From Podospora anserina (lineage: Eukaryota), in contig CM030333.1 in NCBI GenBank assembly GCA_017654855.1, positions 3,534,001-3,598,000 on the forward strand: 64,000 bases of DNA, in the 5' to 3' direction. The notes under the pieces were generated by a model that saw only the letters and a program-made list of their open reading frames with translations, had not been told where the DNA came from and ran no database searches. Positions 13,637-25,200 of the stretch are shown one piece after another. Position 1 is the first letter of the stretch, and every line of letters starts with the position of its first letter. The translations under genes and the position numbers were made by a program.

Positions 13637-14116
13637 TTAAGCCTGGACCTTCTTGTTTCTCTTGGGAATGTCAGTGATGACGAGGGCTGCGGTGTCGTCT
13701 GGTCAGTTCCATGCTTTCTTCCGGATATAATGCGGCTATTCGTCGAGGAACATACTGGGAGGCAAGCTCTGCTTGAGCTTCTCGGCCTTGTCGGAGTCCT
13801 TGAGAACCAAGGTGTAGAGGTGTCTCTGGCAGCGGACCTTGAACTTGATCTGAGACTTGTTCTTCTTGATCCGCGCGGCTGTATCCATAAAAAGTCGAGT
13901 CAGTTCCCATCTCTTCATTGCCCTTCTTCCTTCATTTCCTAGTTTTCGAGTCGGTAGGTTACGTACAGGAGGCGTCCGACCGGCGGCAGATCTCGATGAA
14001 CTAAAAACACAAAATGTCAGTCAAAAATGCTTTTGTCGGTTTTTTTGATTCGGCCCAAAAAACTGGCCAGGCCGTGATTTACACACCTGCTTGATATCTC
14101 CGATTTCCTGAGGCAT
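13637..14116 (-). CDS. RPL38: 60S ribosomal protein L38
   Basis: Exons 14116-14087, 14000-13967, 13878-13756 and 13686-13637 give [62 protein letters not shown]. Confidence 0.96.
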
Positions 14117-14525
14117 TTTGACGGCTGTGATGAGTCTCCTGTAAACGGTCTACGGAAGTTCAAAGTCGGGGTTGGAGGGGATTTCTCAAAATTATTCAGT
14201 TTGTGTGGGTTTCTCCGAATTGGCTCGCTTTGGGTGGGGCTCCTGCACACTCGACGCCCAAGCCATCGCCAGGGGTCCTCGAGGAGGTCATAGCGCCCTG
14301 ACTGTGGCTGGGTGACGTGTCCCGCTTTGTGGCGCTAGCTGTCGGTGGCCAAGGTAAGAGCGTTGACGACGACAACACCTGTTCTTATCGAAGGACTTAT
14401 TTACTTTTGTTCATTTTTCCTGCTAGTTGCCCTCGAGGTTCCTTGCCGGACTTCTTTATCATTATCCAAAAGCCAGAGTTTTCACAACACTGTTTGTCAA
14501 GGACTGAGCGTCAGTGTAAGCCAAG

Positions 14526-14951
14526 ATGCCAACGCCACTCGATCATGCAATGAGATCACGAGTAAGTGTATGCTTCAAGCTTTGGTAACAGTTCACTAAC
14601 TACATATCATAGAATGCTTTCCTAGGTAACATACTAAGACCCCGGCAAGGAAGATCAGCTTTCATTAACACATGAACAGCTTTCACAGGTCTGGTGACGG
14701 GTGTTGCCGTATGGGCGATCTGGGGAGGAGACATGTTCCCCACATGCCCAGACCCAACTGGTAATCCAGAGGAATGGTCTAAAGAAGACCTCCGGAGATG
14801 GCTCGCCGCTGTATGTTGTGTAGTTGGGAGCACTGTTCTGTCTTCATCGATGCTGACCAGCCAACAGCGAAATCTTCACCCTCAAGACTCAGACACGAGG
14901 GAGCAACTGTTGGAGAGGGTTAAAGCAAACATGAGGATTCCAAGGCAGTGA
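14526..14951 (+). CDS. Small single-pass membrane protein with a C-terminal Ish1/LEM-like helical motif; four exons including a 13-nt micro-exon
   Basis: Exons 14526-14561, 14613-14625, 14680-14810 and 14868-14951 give MPTPLDHAMRSRNAFLAFTGLVTGVAVWAIWGGDMFP..DPTGNPEEWSKEDLRRWLAARNLHPQDSDTREQLLERVKANMR. Confidence 0.8.
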
Positions 14952-15520
14952 ATGGGAGGCATTTCTACTCCTTCATACGTACATAAAGAGAATTGATATT
15001 GCATTGAAAGGGACATGGACTTATCTTGTTGTAGGCAACGGCCACATGCTTTTAATTCTTGGCTAAAGAAGACGCCAATGCTCCAACATATTTCAGCAAA
15101 ACTGCTTCCTGAACCCTCAATTCGCGGCTGTCAGCCTCACAGGCAAGAGAGATCCCCAGTCATCAATTAAGGTACTAACACAAGATATGGGATAAGTGAC
15201 AAAGCAAAGAACAATAGCAACCTGGGTGTGTGAGGTTTCATCCGACCAAAACATGCAATCTGGGATGTTAGCGTTGCAGTAGGGCCATCGGAGATTTATA
15301 GCCAATCAGAGCCCACAATCAGCTATGAGGTAAGCCTAGCTTGGCGGATTACTGACGCTCCTGCAGCAAGGGGCGCATGCGCTACAAGGACAGTTTGTTC
15401 TCTGACGGGAACGACAAGGCAGCAAAGGACTTTGTCCATCTTACAACCCCTCAATCCGTCCCTCGTTAAATCGTCTCCCGAGTCTGCGACAGCTCTCATT
15501 GTCGCAGCCTCTCCGCGACG

Positions 15521-17020
15521 ATGGATATTCTACAGGTATGCACTAAGCGCATTCTTCCCGTTCAATCCTCCCCAGCTAACATGGATCCAACTGTAGCGCC
15601 TCGCGCGGTTCCTCGACCGTCCGCTATTCCCCTGGAAGAAGCTAATTATCGGGTTCTCTGTTGCCCAATTCCTGTTCGAAGGTGTCCTCGGTATTCGCCA
15701 GTATCGTGTCTTGACCAAGACCAAGCCCCCCGCCGTTCTCCAGCATGAAGTCACACAAGAGGTTTTCGACAAGAGCCAGGCCTATGGACGCGCCAAGGCC
15801 AAGTTCTCTCTGATCAACGGTCTCTACGGTCAAATCCAAAACTTCGCATTCTACCACTTCGATATTCTCCCCAAGCTCTGGTCATGGTCTGGCAACCTAC
15901 TCCTTCGCTTCGCACCCACTCGGTTCACCGGCGAAATCTCGCAATCTATCGTGTTCATTCTGGCCTTCATCTTCATCCACCAAGTCGTCTCGCTCCCGTC
16001 CAACATCTACCAGACATTTGTTCTGGAGGAGAAGTTTGGATTCAACAAGCAGACCCCGAAGCTCTTCGTCACGGATATGATCAAGTCCAACCTGTTGGCT
16101 GTGGTTTTGACTCCTCCCATTCTTGCCGGTTTCCTCGCCATCATTAAGAAGACTGGCAGCCAGTTCTTCTATTACCTCTGGATGTTCGGCGCTGGTCTTC
16201 AGGTCTTCATGATTACGATTTACCCCATTGCTATCCTGCCACTGTTCAACAAACTTTCTCCCCTGGAGGAAGGCAAGCTCAAGACCGACGTTGAGGACCT
16301 CGCCAAGAAGCTCAAGTTCCCCCTTCACGAACTCCACGTCATCGATGGCAGCAAGCGCAGCGCTCACAGCAACGCCTATTTTTTTGGTCTCCCCTGGAAG
16401 AAGCACATTGTTATCTACGACACTCTGATTGAGAAGAGCGAGACCGAGGAGGTCGTTGCTGTTCTCGCCCACGAACTTGGTCACTGGAGCTTGGGCCACA
16501 CCACCAAGCTGTTTGGTATTTCTCAGGTATGTCTCTCACCTCGTCACTCCTCGCACCACTGTATTAACCCTCCAACCAGGCTCACTTCTTCTACATCTTT
16601 GCCCTCTTCTCCGTCTTCGTAAACAACAACTCCCTCTACGCCGATTTTGGCTTCCACGCCCAGCACCCCATCATCGTCGGCTTCCTCCTCTTCAGCGACA
16701 TCCTCGGCCCCGCCGACAATGTCATCAAGTTCCTCATGAACATCCTCAGCCGCCGCTTCGAGTTCCAAGCCGACGCCTTTGCCAACAATCTGGGGTACAA
16801 TGCTGAGCTGGCTTCTTCTCTCATTAAGCTGCAGATCCAGAACTTGAGCACCATGGACGCTGATTGGGCTTTTGCCGCCTATCACTTCTCTCATCCTATC
16901 CTTTCGGAGAGGTTGAAGGCGTTGAACTGGCAGCCTACGGAGAAGGTGGTTGTTAAGGAGACGGTTGGGGAGGAGAAGAAGGAGGACACGGCTGTTACCA
17001 CTGGGAGGGATGAGCTTTGA
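15521..17020 (+). CDS. STE24: CaaX prenyl protease 1 (M48 zinc metalloprotease)
   Basis: DGSKRSAHSNAYFFG, HELGH zinc motif, SRRFEFQADAFA, HFSHPILSERL, C-terminal RDEL. Introns 15536-15596 and 16527-16579. Confidence 0.96.
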
Positions 17021-17353
17021 GGGGGTGAATAAGAAAATTAGTAGGAAGAGGTGGACGGTAATCCATTATAGAGGATTGATATTTGTGCGTCATGATTCAT
17101 TGATATTTAAGTAGAAAGAGGATACAGGGAAGAGTGATCTGACGTTTCTGGTTCAGTCTGTTCACGAGTTGTGAGCAGAGATGGCAGCATTCTGTAGCAC
17201 AAAGAGCCAACACTCACCAGCGTTTTTTATATCAACAACCCTAACCCTACGTATACCAACCCCCATATAACACCATGACTTACATCCTACACAACCTCCC
17301 ATTACAAGTAAGTGTTCTGGATAAAGAAGAATTCGAATCAGATAAAAAGAAAC

Positions 17354-17425
17354 CACCCCTCCTGGGAGTCGAACCCAGCGCAACGGAATGAGAATCCGCT
17401 ATGTTAACCGATACACCAGAGGGGT
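17354..17425 (-). tRNA. tRNA-Glu(CTC), intronless, A1-U72 acceptor pair
   Basis: Cloverleaf ACCCCTC TG GTGT ATCGGTTA ACAT A GCGGA TT-CTC-AT TCCGT TGCG CTGGG TTCGACT CCCAG GAGGGGT G, followed by a T-run terminator. Confidence 0.88.
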
Positions 17426-18177
17426 TGTTGCCCGGTCATGGAGCTGTTTGCTGTTTGTTGGAAGGTGCTGACGGAGGAGATGTTTGTAAGGCATGAGGGA
17501 TATGTGGAGGAAAGAGGGAGGGAGATGGGGAGGGATTTGGGTAGGAAGAAGGGCAGGAAGGATGGCAGGTGGGTAGGAAGGTGGGCAGGAAGGAAGCAGA
17601 AGGGCGGATAACATGGAACGGGGTCAGGAAGGTGCAGTCCTACTGTAAGATGTCACTCCTGGGGAAGAAGGGAATGGCAGACACAATTGGCAAGAAGTCT
17701 GTGATATAAAGCGAAAATGGTATAGGCATCCGGAAGCAACTTCAGTTTCGGGGGATCATCACTCGTTGGTAACATCATCTGATCAACGCTCATCCAAGAC
17801 CATGATGATTCGTAACAACAAACTTGTCACAGGCCAAAAAAAGTTTAAGCAAGCACTGACAGGGTGGTAAAGATAGTCCAACTACAAGAGATACTACGGA
17901 TATAGGTACAGCTGCCCAGCGTCTCGAATAAGTTCTCTTATCTAGCCCCAGATACCAGTACATTGTTTGTGTGATTTTACACCAATTTGTTACTTACAGT
18001 ATGTCTTATTTCCTTGCCTCATAATCCAAGATGGTCAACATCTTACAGTCATTTCCACTCGAAAGCTGGTCCGTACCTCCATCGTCAGCCTTGCCCCCTA
18101 TACTTCATCTTGACCCATGTCCATATACGCATTCTACCCTCCTCCGAATCGTCAACATGTTTTGCCAGCACTGCCTC

Positions 18178-19486
18178 CTACCACTCGCGCGTAAGCTGCG
18201 CATCAGTCCCGGCCAGAGCCGCAACCCGATACGCTACCCAAACAATGTCAAAAGCGAGCCGCATCTTCATTTTGGTGTCATAATCTGCAACCTCCGGAAT
18301 TTTGATCACAGTTCCAGTCGATATCGGTGTGAGAAAAAGCTTCCCTAATTGTGGGTGATTCAACTCGACGCCTTGTCTTGGTTTGACTAAGCATTTGCAG
18401 CGGTTAGCAATATCTTCTCTGGTCATGTCTCACAGCAGTGGACTATCTTCGAGAGAGAAATAGCTCGTGTTGATCCAATGAAGCTGGAGCTGGGTTTCCG
18501 ACCCCTCCTTGTCGAATGCTTTGCTGCCAGGATTAAGATATTTGAGGCCGAAGCGGGCGTGCATCCATAGTCTTTTGACAGTGAGACCCAGGCAGATCTG
18601 ATTCCAGCTTTCATTGTCGATAAATTTCTCTTTGACTTCCGATGAGCCAGAAGGGCGAAACAGATCCTTGCTGGAGTTGATGTCGATGGCGGAATCAAAG
18701 AGCAAAGGCCATGCTTGCTCCAAGCACTGGAGAAATTTCTTGGTCTTCCCAAGGTCAAGGTTGACTAGAGGAGAAATGATGTGACCGATCTCAGTGCGGT
18801 ACATCTCTGATACCGTCCCCTTAATTAGACACGGGTTTTCGGTGCTGCTACGGGGCGGATGATCCGTCTCATAGTCCTCGAGAGCTTCTAGTCCTTCAAA
18901 AGCTAGAGGCAGCATTGACTGTTAGTGACTGTATGTTAATACTGTTTCTACTCCACCTCAACCTACACATTCGGATCAAGGGCCTGATTGCCCATAGTCT
19001 GCCACACCATTTAAGTACCTCCTCATCTGACATTGCCTCTTTCGCCAACTTGTTCAGCGTAGCCAGTGGGGTGACGGGCAGCATAGCAGCAAACGCCTCG
19101 TCATCGAGCTCCATCGGCTCGGCGCAAAGGAGAGAGAGCCGGGCTTAAACCTCTTTAACCAGGTTGTATCGCTCATCCAGTTCCTGGACTGAGAAAACAT
19201 CTTCACCTCGTGGAGGATTTGCGGCTGAAAGCAGCCGAAAAAGCCGTTTTACATCGAAGAACGTGGTGTCAGGGGGGGAGAGCGGAGGTTTGAAATCCAC
19301 TTGAGCGCCTTGCATTTCGAATATATCTTCTACTGTGCGTAGGAAAGGGACGTCGACATCAAACAGCTTGATATTTAGCCGGGTGTAGGGTTTGATGACT
19401 TCTTCAATGAACCATTCCTCATCGGCTCAGCAACCCCAGAGCCAGTCGACATCCTCTTCGCTGGTTTGGGGCTCAACAGTCGCCAT
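18178..19486 (-). pseudogene. Degraded fungal HNH-nuclease-like (HNH_2-type) gene
   Basis: From ATG 19486 the frame continues through TGA (19429) and TAA (19147). After an intron of about 50 nt that does not keep frame, it continues through TGA (18432). Remnant motifs: CLIKG..EIGHIISP, SWNQICL...RLWMHARFGLKYL, FDIVWVAYRVAALAG. Confidence 0.6.
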
Positions 19487-21939
19487 GCTGAATTCCTTTT
19501 CTTGAATACCGGGGTTGCGAGTTGATGCTAGGAAGAGGTTTGAAGGTTGAGTAATGGTTGGGAGGTTGTACTTTTGAAGTGATGCAGTTGGGGAAGGTGT
19601 GAGTCAGTCAGTTTGAAAATCAAATCAAGAGGGCAGTCGCCGGAGTCAGGGAAGGAACTGCTTGCTGCAGTCATGGCCATTCGCCAGGAGCAGGTGCCTG
19701 GTGAAAATAAACGGCAGGAGCAGACTGATCTCCGGCCGTGTTGAGCTGCCTTTCAAACCTAATGACTACCGATATTTCTTTGGGCCCGTCGTTATCACCA
19801 CCGTTTTCAATTCAGTACTGCAAGCAACTATTCAGTACTGCAAACAACTATTATGAGACTTTGAACAATGTATCCATGTCGAATCAACTGTCATTTCAGC
19901 TCCTCTAAATATCCCATCGTCTTTCATAGTTCGCCCGACCAATCCCTACAACACCCTCACGAAGCATAAAGAATTACAGAGTTCATCGCACACGGCAATT
20001 TGATGATCAACATATAATATGTCACTCTTCCTGATATGCAAACGTTGTGGTAGGTCTTTTTCGATATCTAATTGGACAAGACAGACGTGTTGGCGATGCA
20101 TACCAATCATCCACATCTTGATCCAATACGACAAACTAACCGATCTGTTCTCCTGCCCTCAAACGGCACAGCAAACCTATCCTATTGTCTTTACATCACC
20201 TGGCAGAAGATTCCCTATTCAGGAACAACATCCAGATCTCACCTTACACGCGAGATGAGCAAGCAGTCCATGTTGTGTTTGTCTGTTGTATCTAACGTAT
20301 TAAGAGGCGATTGACTTGAGCCTTGCGAGAGGAAAAAGAGAAAAAAAGGCAAAAGCTCGCTGGCCAACTCCGTAGAGGTGGCCAGCTACGAAACCCTCGG
20401 TAGGGTTTTCTTCGTAATGGGGGGGCGGTCGAAGGGGGGGTCGAATTCCTTGAAGGCCATCTCGAAAGACAGGGCCTCGCTGAGGAATCGAATTCAGGTG
20501 TCCACGGAGCCTTGTTTCCAAGGGGCATTGTTCGTTGCCTGATCCGGGCTGCCTACGTCTTACCCGCTGAACCATTTGACCATTCCAGTTACCAAATGAG
20601 TGCGTAGGCAGTTGTTGGAAGTTGGTTGCGAGAGGTGGTATGTATACCATAGTCTGGACAGTCCATCCTGTCAGCGAGAGTCGCTCTGCTTACTCTCGCA
20701 GCAACCGCCACCATGTCTACCGAACAGTCTCGCAACTCGTCGCCCTCATGGAGTGCTAGTAATCTCCATCTTGCACCCGTTACTGATTCTGCTTTTCCCA
20801 GCGCAGCTAAAACACCATCAATTTCCGCACTCCCCCCACCGTGCTCTTCCCAACCATTTCCCACCACATTTAACCCTTCTCTTGTATTCCCGATCCCTCC
20901 TCCGGATAATTTACCTCACAACCACAATATTTCTAATCTCCTTCACAGCCGGCCTGCTGACCACCTCCCTCTCCATCGCCCAAAACCTCCTCTCCTAGCC
21001 AGTATCAATCAGCCCCCTCCTTCTCCCCTCCGCTATTTTGTCCATCACCAGCCCCCGAATTATATTCTTATCTAGACTCTTTCTCTTCTCGCTCGCACCG
21101 CTGGGAAGGGACTGTCAAGGTCATTTAACGACTTGGTAATAGCGAAAGCAGTGCAGGGAGTAGCGATGGGAATGGCGGTGGTTGATCCAGGTTAGAATTA
21201 TTGGGTGGCGGCTTTTCCGGCGCAGATATTTACATCCTGTGAGTCCATTGTTGAGTCTTGATAAGACAAAGATGCTGACATTGGCCGATCCTATATTTTG
21301 TCTGAGCTTGATTGTCATCTCACTACAGTTTGACTTGGAGAGACTTGGGCCGGAGATGGAAACCGTTGGCTGGCAGTTCATTCATCACAGCGGCGCAACT
21401 GGGGACATCGATCGAAATGATGGCGGTCATCACACCAGCAGTAGGTGGTGAGCAACACCAGATTACCCCTATTAAAAGCCGGAGCTACGCTCCCCAAAAC
21501 TACACCTAACCAGTAGTTCTCCCCCTTTGAGCACGAAGTCCTCGACATCAACCCGGGAGAAGAAACGGAAAGGCTGGACAGTAACAGCAACGCCAGGGTG
21601 ATGAGCAGCAACTCAATGAACGAGACTATTATTATAAGCTAATAGGAGAGTGTCATGTTGAGGGTCTGATGTATTATAACACTTCACGGACAAAGAGGTT
21701 AGAGGATGGGATTATACGCTTGGTGTAGCACGGGATGGTGTTTTTGCGCTGGTCAACCTCTCCATGCATACAAGATTTACATGGTTCCTGATAGCATGAG
21801 CAATATGCTGTACCTCTCTTACATATCCGCTGTCACTACACAGTACATTCTATCTTAGTGGAGGCTGGAAGGGCGCTGGTGTTCCAAAAAATGATGATGC
21901 CTGCTGGGAGAGTGGGGGACAAGCAAAATATCAAGCTTT

Positions 21940-22013
21940 TGATTTCGTCCAGGCTCGAACTGGAGACCTTCAGTGTGTTAGACTGACGTGATAACCAACT
22001 ACACCACGAAACC
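21940..22013 (-). tRNA. tRNA-Val(AAC), intronless
   Basis: GGTTTCG TG GTGTAGTTGGTTATCAC G TCAGT CT-AAC-AC ACTGA AGGTC TCCAG TTCGAGC CTGGA CGAAATC A, with TTTT shortly downstream. Confidence 0.93.
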
Positions 22014-22511
22014 TCGTACTTTAATGCTGCCAATGTGAGAAAAAAGTGTATACATATGTTAAACTAAACTCGATGTTGGAGGTTACCAAGATACTTCAGT
22101 TTTGAGCCACGGAGCCCCTGAAGCCCCTGAATCCCAATTCCCACAACCTGCCAAACAGTAACACAATAAAGCTAGGCGCAGAACTATTTGCATTGCTGTC
22201 TAGCTTATCCCAGTGGCCTCACTAGGTTTAAGGACATATAAATTTATCGTTGCATCCTAGGGCGTTTTTATTATATGACTAGGTAAATTATCATCCCGCC
22301 TACAGAACCTTTCTGCGGTTGTTTGGTGAAATAATTCCCTTGCCAGCGGTGCCTCAAATCCCGTTATGTCCACCAAGACCCTTTCTACCCAGCGAAGTCG
22401 AGCTGAACGGCACACGAATCCCAGAATTCTGCCCAATCCTGGAAATGATCCAAGCACTCGTGTGCTGCGTGATCAAGCAACAAATGCAAGGCCTTGTATC
22501 CAGCTAGCTGC

Positions 22512-24236
22512 CTAAGCATCCCTGCGAAACGCATACTTCCAAAGCCCTCTAGGAGGCTCCGGAAGACCAGACTGTTCCTCCCACAGCTCATCTCCCCTCA
22601 CCAACCGCTCAACCTTCTCCTTCAACTGATCCTCAAACACCCTGGACCTCTCCTCCTCCCAAAATGGGTCCTCAATCGAGTAAGTGTGTTTGCTTGGTTC
22701 GACCAAGTTGGCGCAAAACCTGGCCAAAACCGTGTCAGAGGAGGAGTTCGGTTGACCCCAGAGTCGAAGGGGTGTGATGATACGATGGTATGCTTTTATA
22801 ATGGCGCCGCCCTGCTCCGCCGTCATGTCAACCCGGTCGTCCGGCGCGCCCCAGTCGCTCACATCGGCCATCACTACGCGGAGCGTCAGCCCGCGCAGGT
22901 TGAGCTTGTCCTTGGCCCAATCGACGGTAACGAGCCAGTCCTTCTGTGCGGACGAGTCGTCCTGAGGCCAGACTTCCCAGTTATACGGTGGGAAGACTAC
23001 TTCGAGAGAGCGGAGCATGTCGAGGCAACCCTGGGGAACGACGTCGCGGAGAAACTCGCTCACTGCGAAGCGATCGAACGGGTACTGGCGAGGCGACAGC
23101 TCCTCGTGGTTTGGCACGTCCGATGGGGAGGAGGAGTCGTAGTCGTGCACGACGAAGCGGTTCTGTGAGAAGAAAACCACCTGGGCGTCGAGGTAGAGGG
23201 TGCGGCAGATGAGAAACAAGTCGGTTGGGGCCGCCCAGCACCGGCAAGAATCCGAAGCGGCGGAATGCTGAAGACGGCAGAAGCAACCAATGGTCCAGCA
23301 TTCGACGAACTGGCATCCGTTGTGTACTTCAGGAGGGCACGATGCGCCGTACTCGCACCCGACGCGGCACAAGGAATATTTCCTGGATGTTCGACCTTGC
23401 CTACTCCATGTGACCTCGTTCCACGGGGTAATGAGGTCAGTATACTCGAGTATGCGGAGACGAAGCTCTTGTGGAAGCTTGAGCAAGTGACTGGCTAATG
23501 GCGCCGTCGAAGAGGACAGGCACGGCTTAGTGAGCGCATCGGGTGCCGTCTGGGTGATGCCACGAGCGTATTTGACGGCGACATCGGCAATCTGTTGAAG
23601 CTGGCTGTTTGTCTTCCGGCAGAGTCGAACGTGGCAGTTGGCCAATGGCGATAGGAGCTTTAGGGGCGCCACTGCCAGTTGAGCTGCCTCGACATCGTCT
23701 TCCTGAACGTCACAAACGAGCTTTATTTCCAGAGCTCGGGGGTTGACATGAGCCGACATGTAGGTAGCCGCGTCCGTCCACTCGGCAAGCATATCCTTCG
23801 TAGATGAGACCGAAAGAGTGGCCGGGGCTTGATGCAGGCCGCCATGGGCGTGGGAGCAGTAGGTCTGGCCATCGTAAGGGTATACACGTAGCAAATGGCA
23901 GCAGTATGAGTGGTTGCCGTCTTCAGGTTGATGGCACGAAGCCTCATTCAGAATGACCCTGAGTGAGGTTAAAGACGCCAAGGACCGGGATGTAAGAGAT
24001 CTCAAAGGCGCAAGGGAGTGAGGGCTGGTGTAGCGGATGATGAACCTGTTCCTCGAGTACAGCAAAGTAGATGCTTCCTGATAGATGATTTTGCAGGAAA
24101 TCAATAAGCCAAAGAATTCTGTTTCCTGGCCGTTCAACCTGAAAAAGTGCGGGTGATAGTCTGCCAAACCAACCCATTCATAGATCTGACGGCGTATGTC
24201 AGGAGACAGTCGCAAAAACGGGGGAGTGCACTCCAT
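22512..24236 (-). CDS. Hypothetical protein with two tandem F-box-like modules
   Basis: Intronless, 574 aa. PFLRLSPDIRRQIY...SCKIIYQEASTLLYSRNRF recurs as LLKLPQELRLRILEY...ICRTLYLDAQVVFFSQNRF. Confidence 0.8.
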   Translation of the reverse strand: MECTPPFLRLSPDIRRQIYEWVGLADYHPHFFRLNGQETEFFGLLISCKIIYQEASTLLYSRNRFIIRYTSPHSLAPLRSLTSRSLASLTSLRVILNEASCHQPEDGNHSYCCHLLRVYPYDGQTYCSHAHGGLHQAPATLSVSSTKDMLAEWTDAATYMSAHVNPRALEIKLVCDVQEDDVEAAQLAVAPLKLLSPLANCHVRLCRKTNSQLQQIADVAVKYARGITQTAPDALTKPCLSSSTAPLASHLLKLPQELRLRILEYTDLITPWNEVTWSRQGRTSRKYSLCRVGCEYGASCPPEVHNGCQFVECWTIGCFCRLQHSAASDSCRCWAAPTDLFLICRTLYLDAQVVFFSQNRFVVHDYDSSSPSDVPNHEELSPRQYPFDRFAVSEFLRDVVPQGCLDMLRSLEVVFPPYNWEVWPQDDSSAQKDWLVTVDWAKDKLNLRGLTLRVVMADVSDWGAPDDRVDMTAEQGGAIIKAYHRIITPLRLWGQPNSSSDTVLARFCANLVEPSKHTYSIEDPFWEEERSRVFEDQLKEKVERLVRGDELWEEQSGLPEPPRGLWKYAFRRDA

Positions 24237-25200
24237 GCTGTGATAATATTGCTGTTGGCTGGTATGCGAAAGCGGTCCGGTGTAGGCTCAGGTAAGGGAC
24301 GGTCAGAATATGAAGAAAGGGAGGTGTTGGGAGGAAAGTGTACCTAGCCTAGCTGGCGCAGGCGGCAAAGAGTTGTCATTGATTTTGGGTTGCCAGGGGT
24401 CTACAGTTGAGCCACTCATGGCAGTGCTAAAGGTGGGGCAAGGTAAGGTAGCGACTACTGAGCCAGTAAGCGACCTCAGGTGCCTCAAGTGTGTACCTAT
24501 GTCTTTCGCCCGTATTGCGGAATCCGGGCATCGTGTTCAGGGTCGGTGTGCCGCGACGTCAACACCAACGTCACGGCGGGATGCGATGGATATGTTTGGT
24601 TTCATCAACGTCTACAAATAGACATATTGGGCTTCAGCGACCGCATCGTGTGTAACATGCGCCCTAGTAACACTGCTTGCTAGATTCAGCCCCAGACCTG
24701 CTCGGCCAACTCAAGCACCGCACAAAGGCAGGACAATGTCTCACATCGTCTGGCTGCCGCTATCAATTCGTAATCTAGGTGCTGTATTAGATACTCTCGT
24801 GACGGGACGGCCTGATGGCCACTTCCATGTCTGCGGCAATGGCCTTACGCCGCCGTCCAACCCGTTCGTTATGAGCTAGTGTTTGAGGTGTCGAGGTCTA
24901 AAAACAACTACCAAGGTCTATCATGAAGATATTCCCAACTCAAGTACCGCGTTCAGCAGTATAAGAACTCAAGAGGCAGACTGCATATCACAGCTTCTAT
25001 CCTCATCACTACTCACTCAACACAGCATCTTCTTTGTCAATCCCTCTCTCATCATCATTCTCGCTAGCCGAGAATCAACGATCTTCGTCAACAGGTTCTC
25101 ATTATCATTTTCCGCTCCCATCGCTAAACGAGAAGCCATCACCCTTACTCTCTAAACACTACTTTTTTCCATCAATAACCCCACCCCCCCTTTCTTCAAT

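Noticed and set aside
17236-17250. Telomere-like or telomerase-template-like CAACCCTAACCCTAC (also TTAGG x3 near 57179)
   Set aside because: Only two to three units, expected by chance, and too little space for a telomerase RNA gene.
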